A program made the translations under genes and the position numbers. DNA of 64,000 nucleotides from Anaerolineae bacterium (GTDB lineage: Bacteria > Chloroflexota > Anaerolineae > UBA1429), in contig OY776562.1 in NCBI GenBank assembly GCA_963675785.1, positions 768,001-832,000 of the forward strand, read 5' to 3'. Each line of letters begins with the position of its first letter. Position 1 is the first letter of the stretch. This document shows, in pieces, positions 20,104-30,657 of this stretch. The notes below the pieces were generated by a model that saw only the letters and a list, made by a program, of their open reading frames with translations, was not told the origin of the DNA and ran no database searches.

Positions 20104-22932
20104 CTATTCTCGCGTTCCCAGCCGTAGTGCTTCGAATACGCGTGTCTTGATGAGACGATAAAGGATGAATCCTTCGATAGCCAGCAGGCTGACGGCCATA
20201 ATCACAGCCATCCAGGTTGTCGCGCTCCAATCAACATACGGTGTAAATGGTGGAATGGGCAGGGTAGTGCCCTCGCTTAATGGGAAATAAGGCACATACA
20301 GTGTGGCGCCCGCAATACCTACAAAGGCACCAACTAGCATACCATATAACAAGGTAATCACATATTCAATCGATACCATGGCTACAACTTCGCGCCGTTT
20401 TAGCCCCATAGCTTGAAGTACGGCAAACCGATAGGTTCGTCCTGCCATAGAGGCTGTGTTATAGATCAATAATCCGCCGCCAGCAAGAACAGCACTGGCA
20501 ATAAAGCTGATGCTAAACAACCCAAAGAGACCTACGCGCTCGAGTCGGTCTTTGTCTTCTACCAATAGCGAGTTGAGCTCTTTCGCCTTGAGCGGCTCGA
20601 TACCCATCGCACGAACTTCTGCCAGCACTGTTTCTGGATCTGCCCCCGGTTCCAAGTCTAGCCAGATATTATGGGGGAACTCTCCACCTGTGATCATTAT
20701 CATATAATCCAGGCTGGCAATCAAAGTGTAGCTGTTGTCTTCAGGATAGACGGTTGGCCAATAATCATAGGTGCCGATGATGGTAAAGGGTATCTCGATA
20801 TAAAAGTCATCGATGAGGACGTTAATAGTGATCTCGTCCCCTTCTTCGAGTCCCAATAGCTCGGCGGGTTCGCTGGGCAAGATCACGCCATCTGATTGAA
20901 TGGCCAGCGCATTCATCATTTCGCCCAGTGATTGCTCGGCATAGTCATCTCGGAAGTAAATGACGCTTGGCAGTGTGTACCGCTCGACAGCCATGATCTC
21001 AAGGTTGACTCGGTCGCCGGTTACCAGCGTGGTGCTGGCTGTATACTGGCCGACGCGCGATGCACTTTCAACACCTTCGAGAGCCGCATAGTCAGAGGCA
21101 GGGAAAAGCCAGGCCATATCGCTTTGGGTAATGCCGAGACTGCCTTCGCTGTCTTCTTCTTCCTCAATACCGGGCTCAAAGGTCAAATCGGCGCCTACCT
21201 GATATTGCAGCCGGTCTTCCAGCCAAATATCGGCGCTCATGGCCAAAGAGGCATAAAAGACGCCCAATCCCATACAGAGCACCAGCAGGTAAATAGGTGT
21301 TCGATATTGACCGCCTTCACGCCCGAGGCTCAGGCAGCCGAGATATGCAGTGATGGATTTGAACCCCTTGCCCAAAAGCGCCAGAGGACGCATCAAAAGA
21401 GCAAAGAGCTCCGAAGCCCATAGCGGCGCGACGAACAAAAAGAGTGTTGGTGCTAATAAAAGGAGTGGGTCGGCCAGGGGATCATCGCTTTGCCACCCAG
21501 TGATGCCGATCATACCGCGCTGTACCAGTTGTCGGTAGGCGTAGGCTGTAACCAGCGTGATGAACAGCATCCCCAGTATCTTGCCGACATTTTTGAGCCC
21601 TTTGCGTCTGGCAGTGGATTGCTCAAAGGCCACAATGCTGTAATTGGCCGAGATAAACGAGGGAATGATTCGCGCAAGCAGGTTGATGCCTACGGCTGCC
21701 GCAACGAGTTCCCAATTAACCGAAGCAAGGTGCACCTGTAGCGGATCTCGTTGGATAAAAGCCATAAAGCCCTGAGAGTAACCGAGAAGGCGTGCTAAAA
21801 GAAGCCCAAGCAAAATGCCTAACGGCACAGCAATCACTAGAACGATAAGCGTCTCGATCAGCGTAATCCAGATGATCTGCGTTCGGCTCGTTCCTCGGCT
21901 TACTAGCACAGCCGTCTCCTGAGCTTGGAACCGAACAACCATCGTCGATATGGCTGCAATGAACAGGATTAGAATGCCTACCAGCGGGACGCTAAAGCCC
22001 AGCAGAAACACGGAAAGCGAACTTTTGCGCTCTTGGCCAGAAAGGAGCTCGTCAGTTGGCGCATAGTCCATCTTGCCACTTGGCAGCCGGGTAATGACTT
22101 CTTCTTCGATCAGAGCAAGGCCATCGAGATACTGTTGTGCCTTGTCCAGTGTCATTCGGGAATCATCCAGAACATAATACCAGAAATCAAAGCCTGTGCC
22201 TTCGGGGGCAATCGGCAGAATGAACTGATTGTACTGATCGTTGGTTGTCGAAAGAGCCTGCCTAAAAAGTTCGTTCGGGTTTCGATACCAAAAGGCATCA
22301 GCCTCATCAAGAGGTTCCCAGAATCCAGCAATGATGATACGTGTCGGCGTCTCGTTGGCACTAAAGAAATAAGCCAACTCATAGTACTCGCCGACATTGA
22401 TACCGATGCTGTTAGCCAAAGAGGGCAGAATCCACACGTTTAACGCGTTTGGATCCATCACCTCACCAAAATCATTGCCTTCTACAATCTGGATATAGTC
22501 GGCAAAGTCGTCGGTCACCACCACCTGTGTCGTAGCCAGATCTGTACCAGTGTAGTGAATGTCATCCTGAGTGGGGCGCATGTGCAGTGTGGGACTTTCG
22601 CTCTGAGCATAGATCATGGTAACGGGAAGCCCCACTTCACGCTCGAGCATGTCGGCCAACCAGTCCCTGGTATAGTCGGCATCATCCAGTGTTATGGGCT
22701 GACGAGACCGTGGCAAACAATAGTAGCGCACCGAAAAGGGTGGTCGATTTAGTTCCTTGGTCTTTTCGGCCAGCTCTTGCTGCATGATACGCATACTGAC
22801 CGCGCCTGAAAATGCGGGAATACACACCATGACGCCCACGGTCAGGGCCATAGCGAGAATGAGTACGATGTTCAAAAATGCCTTGTTGCGAAGCCGCTTG
22901 AGGGCAACGCCAAGAAATGCGGTTCCCTTCAT
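20104..22932 (-). CDS. FtsX/MacB-like ABC transporter permease (duplicated architecture)
   Basis: Two FtsX-type repeats (ETAVLVSRG, FAVLQAMGL), VGADL, large extracytoplasmic loops. Confidence 0.85.
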   Translation of the reverse strand: MKGTAFLGVALKRLRNKAFLNIVLILAMALTVGVMVCIPAFSGAVSMRIMQQELAEKTKELNRPPFSVRYYCLPRSRQPITLDDADYTRDWLADMLEREVGLPVTMIYAQSESPTLHMRPTQDDIHYTGTDLATTQVVVTDDFADYIQIVEGNDFGEVMDPNALNVWILPSLANSIGINVGEYYELAYFFSANETPTRIIIAGFWEPLDEADAFWYRNPNELFRQALSTTNDQYNQFILPIAPEGTGFDFWYYVLDDSRMTLDKAQQYLDGLALIEEEVITRLPSGKMDYAPTDELLSGQERKSSLSVFLLGFSVPLVGILILFIAAISTMVVRFQAQETAVLVSRGTSRTQIIWITLIETLIVLVIAVPLGILLGLLLARLLGYSQGFMAFIQRDPLQVHLASVNWELVAAAVGINLLARIIPSFISANYSIVAFEQSTARRKGLKNVGKILGMLFITLVTAYAYRQLVQRGMIGITGWQSDDPLADPLLLLAPTLFLFVAPLWASELFALLMRPLALLGKGFKSITAYLGCLSLGREGGQYRTPIYLLVLCMGLGVFYASLAMSADIWLEDRLQYQVGADLTFEPGIEEEEDSEGSLGITQSDMAWLFPASDYAALEGVESASRVGQYTASTTLVTGDRVNLEIMAVERYTLPSVIYFRDDYAEQSLGEMMNALAIQSDGVILPSEPAELLGLEEGDEITINVLIDDFYIEIPFTIIGTYDYWPTVYPEDNSYTLIASLDYMIMITGGEFPHNIWLDLEPGADPETVLAEVRAMGIEPLKAKELNSLLVEDKDRLERVGLFGLFSISFIASAVLAGGGLLIYNTASMAGRTYRFAVLQAMGLKRREVVAMVSIEYVITLLYGMLVGAFVGIAGATLYVPYFPLSEGTTLPIPPFTPYVDWSATTWMAVIMAVSLLAIEGFILYRLIKTRVFEALRLGTRE

Positions 22933-22985
22933 GCTGAAAACTTGCCTTTCTCGCTATGGCACTCGACAGTTGTTATTTTGCTATC

Positions 22986-24479
22986 CTAGCGTTCGAGAAT
23001 AACTGAGCAGACAGAGCCTGCTGGCATTGTCACAACCCAATTATCGCCATCCGTGGTTGCCTTGGTACATGCTGGTTTGACGCTCTCGGGATTCTCAAAG
23101 CTGTTGTAAGCGTGAATATCACCGGTGCCCAACATAGTCGCGGTGGCTTTATTGAATTCGCCAAGGCTAACCGAGCTCAGTTTGACATCGACGGCTTCGG
23201 TGGCGCTGAGGTTTGCCAGCGTTACCAGCAGACGCTCACCCTTGATAGAGGCCGAAGCAGATACGAGTTCGATATCGCCCGGCTCAGCCTTGGTGGCGCA
23301 GCCAGCCATGGGCGAATCCACCAGAGCTCTCAGGCTTTTGGCGCCTTGATGGCCGGTGTACATAGCATACACGTGATAGGTGGGCGTCAGTAGCATCTTG
23401 GCGCCTTGCGTCAGAATCATCGCTTGGAGCACGTTAACAATCTGGGCAATGTTGGTCATCACCACTTTGTCAGCGTGGCGATTGAATGTATTCAAAGAAA
23501 GTGCAGCCACTATGGCGTCGCGCATGGTGTTCTGCTGATAGAGGCCGTAATCAGGAGCCCCCTCTTCAACGGGATGCCATGTGCCCCACTCATCGATGAT
23601 CAGGCCGATTTCACGCTTGGGGTCATAGCCGTCCAATACGGCACGCTGCTGAATGATCAGGTCCTCGATGACGGTGGCCCGTTTGACCAGCTGATACCAC
23701 TGGGCCTCATCGTACTCGGTGGCTGTTCCGGCTGTCCCGCAGTAATAGTGAGCAGCAAAGCCGTTGACGCGCGGGTGATGCCACACAGAAGAAAGGTTGT
23801 CCATAAACCGGCGGGTCCAATCGGGGTTATTGCCGTTGGGGCCGCAGGCAATGAGGAATAACTTGGTGTCGCTCATGTCATGCATAAAGGTGGAATACTG
23901 CCGGTATTTGGCAGCATATTCGTCGGGGGTCATGTTTCCGCCGCAGCCCCAGTTCTCGTTTCCCACACCCCAGTACTCGACGTCAAAAGGCTCCGAAGAA
24001 CCGTTTTCTGCACGTGTTTCTGCCAGAGTAGAGTCACCGGGATAGTTGCAATACTCGAGCCATTCGCGCATCTCTTGGGGAGTAGCGCTGCCCATATTGC
24101 CGCACAGATAGGGCTTGGCGCCAATCAGTTCGCACAGACGAATGAACTCATGTGTCCCTACGGCATTATCATCGATAACCTTGCCCCACCAGAGGTTAAT
24201 TGTCTTGGGGCGATCTTCTGCTGGCCCAATGCCATTACGCCAATGATAATCATCCGCATAGCAGCCACCCGGCCAACGCAGCACCGGCGGCTTGATCTTG
24301 CGCAGCGCTTCAACGATATCCGTTCGCCATCCATCGATATTGGGAATCGGCGATTCGGGCCCTACCCACATACCATCGTAAATGCAACGCCCCAGATGCT
24401 CAGCAAAGTGGCTGTAGATTTCAGGGCGGATCGTTGCGATGGGCTCATTGCCCAGAACCGTAACTGTAGCTTGCGCCAT
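22986..24479 (-). CDS. Alpha-L-arabinofuranosidase, GH51
   Basis: FAEHLGRCIYDG, LRWPGGC, WGVGNE (acid/base), IDEWG (nucleophile), NIAQIVN. Confidence 0.95.
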   Translation of the reverse strand: MAQATVTVLGNEPIATIRPEIYSHFAEHLGRCIYDGMWVGPESPIPNIDGWRTDIVEALRKIKPPVLRWPGGCYADDYHWRNGIGPAEDRPKTINLWWGKVIDDNAVGTHEFIRLCELIGAKPYLCGNMGSATPQEMREWLEYCNYPGDSTLAETRAENGSSEPFDVEYWGVGNENWGCGGNMTPDEYAAKYRQYSTFMHDMSDTKLFLIACGPNGNNPDWTRRFMDNLSSVWHHPRVNGFAAHYYCGTAGTATEYDEAQWYQLVKRATVIEDLIIQQRAVLDGYDPKREIGLIIDEWGTWHPVEEGAPDYGLYQQNTMRDAIVAALSLNTFNRHADKVVMTNIAQIVNVLQAMILTQGAKMLLTPTYHVYAMYTGHQGAKSLRALVDSPMAGCATKAEPGDIELVSASASIKGERLLVTLANLSATEAVDVKLSSVSLGEFNKATATMLGTGDIHAYNSFENPESVKPACTKATTDGDNWVVTMPAGSVCSVILER

Positions 24480-24514
24480 ATATTTTAGACCTCCAAGATA
24501 CGCATAATGGCGGC

Positions 24515-24543
24515 ATCCTATCACGGTAGTTTGTCGGTGTCAA
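24515..24543 (-). promoter_or_regulatory. Sigma70-type promoter of the GH51 gene
   Basis: Minus strand TTGACA-17 nt-TAGGAT. Confidence 0.65.
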
Positions 24544-24800
24544 TCACAGCAGTTGAGCCTAACTTACGATGAAAAATCTTAACATTCTAGCATCACTCGG
24601 ATGTCAACCAGGGCCCGGTGATCACAGATGTTTACATGTGATGTCCGGATGACAAAATTTACTGGTATCAGTCGATCCCTTAACTTCATGCTTGTAAGCT
24701 CCTTGTTCAAGAAAACCTTGCCTCACTTTAACATTGGGCATACAATGTGCCAATCAATAGAATACGCATAACGGAATTAACGTATACAGAGGAGTTCGCC

Positions 24801-25493
24801 ATGGCCGAAATACAGGACTCTCCCGAGCGTATGACCCGCCAGCAAGAGGCCTATGATTTTATGCGTGACAAAATCACCAGCCTCATGCTCAGGCCTGGCG
24901 AATATGTGACCGACATAGAAGTCGCTGACGAACTGGGCATGAGCCGCACGCCAGTACGTGAGGCCTTTCACCGCCTCGAGAACGAGGGCCTGCTCATCAA
25001 CGAGGCCCGACGAGGTTGGCGCGTCTATTCACTCAGCCTAAAAGACATCCACGAGATATTTGATGTCAAGATCGCCATCGAATGTATGATATCGCGTCGC
25101 GCAGCCGAGTGTGCCGCTACTCAGCGATGCACGGGAATGGACGAGGCCGTGGAACTCATGCGCCTGGCCGCTTCCACTGATGATGTGAACGCTTGGGTCG
25201 AGGCCGATGTAGCTTTTCATACCACCATATTTCGTATGGCAGGCAACGAACGCGCCGAACGCATCGTCGCCAATCTCAATGACCAGTGGCACAGATTGCG
25301 CGTGCGCTACAGTTCTCTGCATCGGCGCATGGGTGGTTCAGTGGTCGAGCACGAGCGCATCGGTGAGGCCATAAAGGCCGGGGATGTTGAAGCCGCCGAA
25401 GAGCGTACGCGTGAGCACCTCACCAACGTGCGCGACGATCTGCTCGACTTGGTGTCCAACTTGTTGTTGCCCTTTGCCCAGAACGGGGTATAA
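24801..25493 (+). CDS. GntR family transcriptional regulator (FCD domain)
   Basis: wHTH LGMSRTPVREA; FCD motifs DVAFH and EH; GAGGAG RBS. Confidence 0.93.
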   Translation: MAEIQDSPERMTRQQEAYDFMRDKITSLMLRPGEYVTDIEVADELGMSRTPVREAFHRLENEGLLINEARRGWRVYSLSLKDIHEIFDVKIAIECMISRRAAECAATQRCTGMDEAVELMRLAASTDDVNAWVEADVAFHTTIFRMAGNERAERIVANLNDQWHRLRVRYSSLHRRMGGSVVEHERIGEAIKAGDVEAAEERTREHLTNVRDDLLDLVSNLLLPFAQNGV

Positions 25494-25525
25494 CTGGCGC
25501 CTTTGTAAGGAGACGGGGTGAGAAC

Positions 25526-26062
25526 ATGCCTAACAGAGCGCAACGAGTGTTTGCCCAGGCCCAACAGAGGCTGGATACTGATTCTTGTTCGGCCTTGATC
25601 AGCGCAATCGGTTTACCGGAGGACAAGGCGTCGCCTGCTAAACAGGCGAGCTATGTACGTTTGCTGTTGCTCAATCTGCAAGAGACACGGGGCAAGGATG
25701 TGTGCGCGACTGTCATGCGGCCTTGTGGCCATATTTGCATCTCTAACCACACAATCAAACAGGCCCAAGCTCTATATATCTCCTGTGGGGGCGACATGAA
25801 CCTGTTGCTCGACAAACTAAACGAGCGAAACATCGGCGGTGGACATCTCTATCTCGATGACCATCGTATCATGGCGAGCTATGATCGATGTTATTGCGGC
25901 ATTGCTAGGGCAGCCCAAGATATGCCAGTGGTCTATTGCGAGTGTTCAGCAGGGTGGTACGAGCGGCTCTTTTCCTCTGTTTTTGAACGAGAGGTGCGAG
26001 TCAATATCCTGCAAACGATTCTGGCAGGTCAAGATAAATGTGCCTTTGAGATCTTGCTCTAG
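25526..26062 (+). CDS. Cys-rich hypothetical protein (DUF6144-like)
   Basis: CGHIC, CYCG, YCECSAGW and GQDKCAF pattern. Confidence 0.65.
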   Translation: MPNRAQRVFAQAQQRLDTDSCSALISAIGLPEDKASPAKQASYVRLLLLNLQETRGKDVCATVMRPCGHICISNHTIKQAQALYISCGGDMNLLLDKLNERNIGGGHLYLDDHRIMASYDRCYCGIARAAQDMPVVYCECSAGWYERLFSSVFEREVRVNILQTILAGQDKCAFEILL

Positions 26063-26081
26063 CTACTTGGTATTTTACATA

Positions 26082-26116
26082 AAAGGCTCCGCTTGGTTTT
26101 GCCAGGTGGAGCCTTT
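26082..26116. terminator. Bidirectional intrinsic terminator
   Basis: AAAGGCTCCGCTTGG/CCAGGTGGAGCCTTT between convergent genes. Confidence 0.75.
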
Positions 26117-26136
26117 CTGTACAAACAAGAATTGGG

Positions 26137-28842
26137 CTATTCCTTGCTGACGGCTAGGGTGGCAATGCCATGAGATCTCAGCGTCAGGCGCACCACATTG
26201 CCCTCCACGCTGACCTCTCCCGCCACAGGATTCCCTTCGAAATCCACCAGCTGCACACTTGCGCCTTGCAGTAGCCGTTCATCCAGGGTGAGAATCTCCT
26301 CGGCAACCGCATCCTCGGGGTTGAACAGGCGAATCTCGGCGGCATCCTGGTGGATGCGCACACTGGTGATAACCCCCGCCCCCTCTGCTTCGTAGAGGCT
26401 GTCCTTTGCAGCCAGGTTGCCCTCGCTCGGGCTATCCTGCATATCCGCCCACTGAAGCTGCGCCGTGCGCAGGCCGTTGGCCAGACGCTGGCCGCTCTTG
26501 CACAGGGCGTTGCGTTCGATGTTCTGGATGGGCATGATCCAATAGTGGAAAGCCAGATCTTGCAGCAGTTCGCCATCGGGTTCACCATTGGTGCCCACTG
26601 TGCGTTGCGTGCTGCGGTATAGGGTGAGAGCGATGGGACGCTGGGGCAGGTCGCGCACTGAGGCCTCATAGAGTCCCGTAGAAAGGATGGCTAGGCCGCC
26701 TTGCTCGTCGCATACTGCCGTCCAACTGCGTTGTGGGTGGGTCTCTGGCTCTGCTTCTCGCCAGGTGTGCCGTTGCGGGTTCAGGGCGATGGATCGTCGC
26801 ACCACGTCAAAGGGAGAATCTGCCTCGTACTCGCTGGCTGCACGGGCGCCGCTGTCGAACAGCACGCAAAGGCGGTGGTCGCGAATGGTGTTGTGTACCC
26901 GCGTCTCCACCTCCAGATGGTCGGCATTGGCATACAGGGTGATGCGCGAATCAATGACCAACGATTGCCAGTTCTCTTCGCGTGTCATGCACTCGAAATT
27001 CAAGGCCGCGGGCAGGTTGAGGCGGGTACGTACCCTTAGCGTGGCGCAATAAGGGCCATCCTGTACCAAGGCCACATCGGCGGCGCAGGCGCAGGAGGTG
27101 AATATCTGCTCGTTCACGGCTTCGCCATGATACCAGCCGTCGCCGATGTCGGCTCGATCCTCATAGCTCATCAGGTTGCTGTAAACCTTGCCGCTGCGTT
27201 TGTCGGTAACCGTTAGCGTGCCGTTACTGGCCACCGTTACGCTCAGATGGGCATTCTCCAGGCTGCTGTTAGAGGTAGCCAACTCCGGCGTCTCTGGATG
27301 ACGTGTTGGTAACCCCTGCTCTCCGGCGCGCACGGTCAGCGTGGTATAACCGGCGGCGGGGATGTCCAGCGGCAAGCAAACGCCCACGTTATTGCTCTGG
27401 TACGATTCGGGCGTGCGGTCATAGTGGATGCGCATGTGCTGGCGCCCCATGGTTTGGCTCAACCGCTGGTAAGGTATCTCCTGGCCGTCAGGCCCATAGA
27501 TGCGAAAGGCCGGCTTGGGTTCAAAGCCAAAGCGCTCGTTAAAGGTGGGCCATTCGGCGGGGATTTCCAGCGCCAATTCGACCGGCTCCTGCTGCGCCGT
27601 CGAGGCGGCATTGAACACGCAGACACGCAGTTCGTTAGGGGCGATTTCGCCCCGCACGTTGGCTGCGATCTTGCGCGTGGCTTCGATGGTCAACCGCTCG
27701 GCGATGCCCTCTGCTTGCTGAAAGCGGTAAACCATATCACGGTGCACAGCATCGATGCTGCAACCGCAGATCGAATCGTGCGGATGGTTCTTGAGCAGCC
27801 AATCCCAGGCCACGTTCAAATAGCCCTGTGGGTAGCGCTCGTCCAGCCAGTTGCTAGCCATCAACGAAAAGGGTTCGGCCCAACTGCACAGGGCAGCCTC
27901 GCAAGCGGCGTTCCATTGCTTGATCCACACGCGGCTAGAAAGCACGCCGGGGATGAGCCACTGGCTGTCCACATCACCCGGATAGATGGCTGGTTCGCGC
28001 AGTTCGCCCCGAACACGCGTGGTGATGCGCTCTCGCTGGGCGTACAGTTCGCTGGCAAAAGCATCCAGTGTGCTGTGCATATAGCGCAAATCGCCGTCGG
28101 GGGCGTTGATGCGTTCTTGAATTACCGTATAGCAATCCTTGTCCCAACCCTGGTGGTCGCAACCGTCGAACAGCAGCAACGGCGAGGCATCGGCGGCCGC
28201 TTTTTGTTCCTCGATAAAGGTATTCAGCGTCTGATTCAGTTCTTCTTGGGTCAGGCGGGGCAGGTGCTGGCCTGCTTTGCGCACTTGCAGCGCAAAGGAA
28301 CAGTAGCCCACGCGGCCAAAGCGGTAGCAGACCATCTCGGTGCCGTCGGCGCCCTCCCAGATCACGTGGCGATTCTCGGGCAGGTTGACCCCTCGCCAGA
28401 TAAAGCCGGTGTGGATGCCAAAGCCGGCCATGATCTGCGGAAGCTGGCTGTTGTGCCCAAAGATGTCGCATACAAATCCCGTGCGCGATGAGGCACCTCC
28501 CAGTGCTTTGGATACGGCCAGGCCCCGCTCCAGGTTGCGCACCATAGATTCGCCCGAGACCAGGAACTCGTCAGGCAGCACATACCAGGGGCCCAAAAGC
28601 AGCAGGCCGCGTTGTACATAATCGGCCACCATCTCGCGCCTCTCGGGGCGTACTTCGAGGTAATCCTCAATGGGCAGCGCTTGCCCGTCCATCTGAAAAG
28701 GCCCGGCCAGCGAACCGTCGCCGAGGCCATCCAGCACGTCATCAAGCAGTGTCACCAGTCGGTAGCGATAATCCTGAAAGGTCTGGTACCATTCGCGATC
28801 CCAGTGAGACGACAACACGTAATACACGTTCCGTTGGGGCAT
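26137..28842 (-). CDS. Alpha-mannosidase, GH38 (MngB-like)
   Basis: SHWDREW, FQMDGQ, GPWYVLPDEFLVSGES, DIFGH, HDSICGCS. Confidence 0.93.
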   Translation of the reverse strand: MPQRNVYYVLSSHWDREWYQTFQDYRYRLVTLLDDVLDGLGDGSLAGPFQMDGQALPIEDYLEVRPERREMVADYVQRGLLLLGPWYVLPDEFLVSGESMVRNLERGLAVSKALGGASSRTGFVCDIFGHNSQLPQIMAGFGIHTGFIWRGVNLPENRHVIWEGADGTEMVCYRFGRVGYCSFALQVRKAGQHLPRLTQEELNQTLNTFIEEQKAAADASPLLLFDGCDHQGWDKDCYTVIQERINAPDGDLRYMHSTLDAFASELYAQRERITTRVRGELREPAIYPGDVDSQWLIPGVLSSRVWIKQWNAACEAALCSWAEPFSLMASNWLDERYPQGYLNVAWDWLLKNHPHDSICGCSIDAVHRDMVYRFQQAEGIAERLTIEATRKIAANVRGEIAPNELRVCVFNAASTAQQEPVELALEIPAEWPTFNERFGFEPKPAFRIYGPDGQEIPYQRLSQTMGRQHMRIHYDRTPESYQSNNVGVCLPLDIPAAGYTTLTVRAGEQGLPTRHPETPELATSNSSLENAHLSVTVASNGTLTVTDKRSGKVYSNLMSYEDRADIGDGWYHGEAVNEQIFTSCACAADVALVQDGPYCATLRVRTRLNLPAALNFECMTREENWQSLVIDSRITLYANADHLEVETRVHNTIRDHRLCVLFDSGARAASEYEADSPFDVVRRSIALNPQRHTWREAEPETHPQRSWTAVCDEQGGLAILSTGLYEASVRDLPQRPIALTLYRSTQRTVGTNGEPDGELLQDLAFHYWIMPIQNIERNALCKSGQRLANGLRTAQLQWADMQDSPSEGNLAAKDSLYEAEGAGVITSVRIHQDAAEIRLFNPEDAVAEEILTLDERLLQGASVQLVDFEGNPVAGEVSVEGNVVRLTLRSHGIATLAVSKE

Positions 28843-28851
28843 GCCAGCCTC

Positions 28852-30537
28852 CTATTTATACGTTTCGGGTGTTGTGGGGCCGCTCACCGTCAGCCGTGGT
28901 TTGCCTTCCCATACGGCAGTGAGAATACCATCTGCTACGACAGTCATCGGTTCGGCGCTGCCAAGGGGCTCATCGACGCCCACAATCTCGACGCTACCGG
29001 CCAGTTCGATGTCCGCCAGTTCGTTAAAACGGAATTTGCGCACGGGGCCGCGATAGCAAACGGCCTGAACCCAACAGGTGTCGCCGTCACAGCCGCACTC
29101 CCAATAGATGGGCTCGCCGGCAAAGCGCCCGGGCAGGGTGTGCACCACAGCGCGATAGGGTGGGGCGATCAAAGCATAGCGACCCTCGCCGAGATCCTCC
29201 ACGGTCGCTCCCTGCGCCTGGAGCTGGTAGCGCAATGTGAATTCAGAGGTCTCAAAGGTGGCATCCTTCGGCCTGTCCAACGAGCAATGCCAATCGCCGC
29301 GGTCGGTCAGCAGGTTACAGGCTGTCAGCACACGGTTTTCGTGCTGGGCGCTGCGCAAATAGGCCGACGCGAACTCAACGCCGTTCTTCAAAAAGACCAG
29401 CCGCAAACAAGCCGCCGGGTCGTTTGCGGCCTTCCAATAGCCGATGAGCGGGCGGCGCTGTACCCAGGTATCGTCGTGGTTGGTGCTGCCCAGGCTTACC
29501 TCACGCGACATCCAGGTGGTGCCCATGCGCGAATCGAGAGGGTCTTCCTCCCTCACCAACACGTTACTGAACTGCACCGGGCAGGGCGAGAGCTCGTCAA
29601 AACGCGCCCGCAAGTCCTCAGGGCAGGGCAGCGGCTCCACCGGCGAAAAGAACACATCCATCTCGTGTTCCATGCTGGGGTGGATGGGGATATCAACACC
29701 CGTGCGCACGCCAAGCTCGTACACCGTGTTGGCTCGCAGTAAATCAGAGTAGGCGCGGCTGTGCGGCCCCGACCACTGGTTCGTGCCGGGGTGATAGTGG
29801 CGACAGATGGTTTCCCAGGCCACGCGGCGCAGTGTTTCGGCGCAGTCGCGGGCGATGGGATCTTTAGCCAGTTGCAGGGTGCGTTCGCATTCGTGCAGGG
29901 CGGTGATGGTATAGGTGGGGCTGTTATACTCGTTGAATCCGCCGTGGTATTCGGTATGCGCTACAAAGCGCTCCAACCGTCGACGACCGTAGGTGACCAG
30001 TCGCTTATCACTCAATATCTCGCCGGCGATGACGGTGACGGCGCCGCCCATAATGCCAATGTTCGTGTATCCCGGCCCCACGTTCCGCCTAAAGATAGAC
30101 CACCCGGCATGGCCCAGGGCTTGCAATATACCCTGCTCCACGTCAGCCTCTAGCTGATCGCGCTGCTCGATGATCATGTGTTCTAACAGGGCGCCGTTGA
30201 AATCGGCCCAGTTCCAGTCTGGCGGCGACATTTGTGCCAGGGGTTCTTCATAGAGATAGGGCCAAATGCCGTAGGTGGCCTCGCAGGGGTCTGTTTCCTG
30301 CAGGGTGAGCATCACTCGCACCACTTTGTTAGCGCGGACGGTGGCTTGTTCTTCTTTCAACCGTAGTAGGGCTAGCGCATAATTGAGGTTATCGCGTGTG
30401 CCGTGAACCCAGGTGTCTGCTGGCACGGTGCTGTGGTAGCCGCTGCTGTGGAATGGCCCACCAAACAAGTGCAGTTTGGCGTCATAGTTTTCTTCTTGCG
30501 CTTGAACGTATCGTCTGGCAAGTTCGACTTGCTCCAT
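28852..30537 (-). CDS. Conserved hypothetical protein, possibly carbohydrate-active
   Basis: Long ORF with host-like codon use, 9 nt from the GH38 start; motifs DWNWADF, YTNI, EYNSPTY, GPHSRAY. Confidence 0.7.
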   Translation of the reverse strand: MEQVELARRYVQAQEENYDAKLHLFGGPFHSSGYHSTVPADTWVHGTRDNLNYALALLRLKEEQATVRANKVVRVMLTLQETDPCEATYGIWPYLYEEPLAQMSPPDWNWADFNGALLEHMIIEQRDQLEADVEQGILQALGHAGWSIFRRNVGPGYTNIGIMGGAVTVIAGEILSDKRLVTYGRRRLERFVAHTEYHGGFNEYNSPTYTITALHECERTLQLAKDPIARDCAETLRRVAWETICRHYHPGTNQWSGPHSRAYSDLLRANTVYELGVRTGVDIPIHPSMEHEMDVFFSPVEPLPCPEDLRARFDELSPCPVQFSNVLVREEDPLDSRMGTTWMSREVSLGSTNHDDTWVQRRPLIGYWKAANDPAACLRLVFLKNGVEFASAYLRSAQHENRVLTACNLLTDRGDWHCSLDRPKDATFETSEFTLRYQLQAQGATVEDLGEGRYALIAPPYRAVVHTLPGRFAGEPIYWECGCDGDTCWVQAVCYRGPVRKFRFNELADIELAGSVEIVGVDEPLGSAEPMTVVADGILTAVWEGKPRLTVSGPTTPETYK

Positions 30538-30601
30538 CGCCGATCCTTTTCTGCTAGGATGCTATGGCGTGCAGGCTAGCCTTGTTGCAGGGGCAAGTCA
30601 A

Positions 30602-30629
30602 GGGGGCGAGAGATATTTCTCTCGCCCCC
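30602..30629. terminator. Hairpin downstream of the GH2-like gene
   Basis: Perfect 12-bp stem GGGGGCGAGAGA/TCTCTCGCCCCC. Confidence 0.7.
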
Positions 30630-30657
30630 AGTTTGTGCAGTTGATTCAGTTTTATGA

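Noticed and set aside
27424-29742. Long antisense ORFs (355 aa and 376 aa; similar ones at 658..1587, 31642..32616, 57945..58976)
   Set aside because: Shadow frames of GC-rich genes on the opposite strand; no motifs or RBS.
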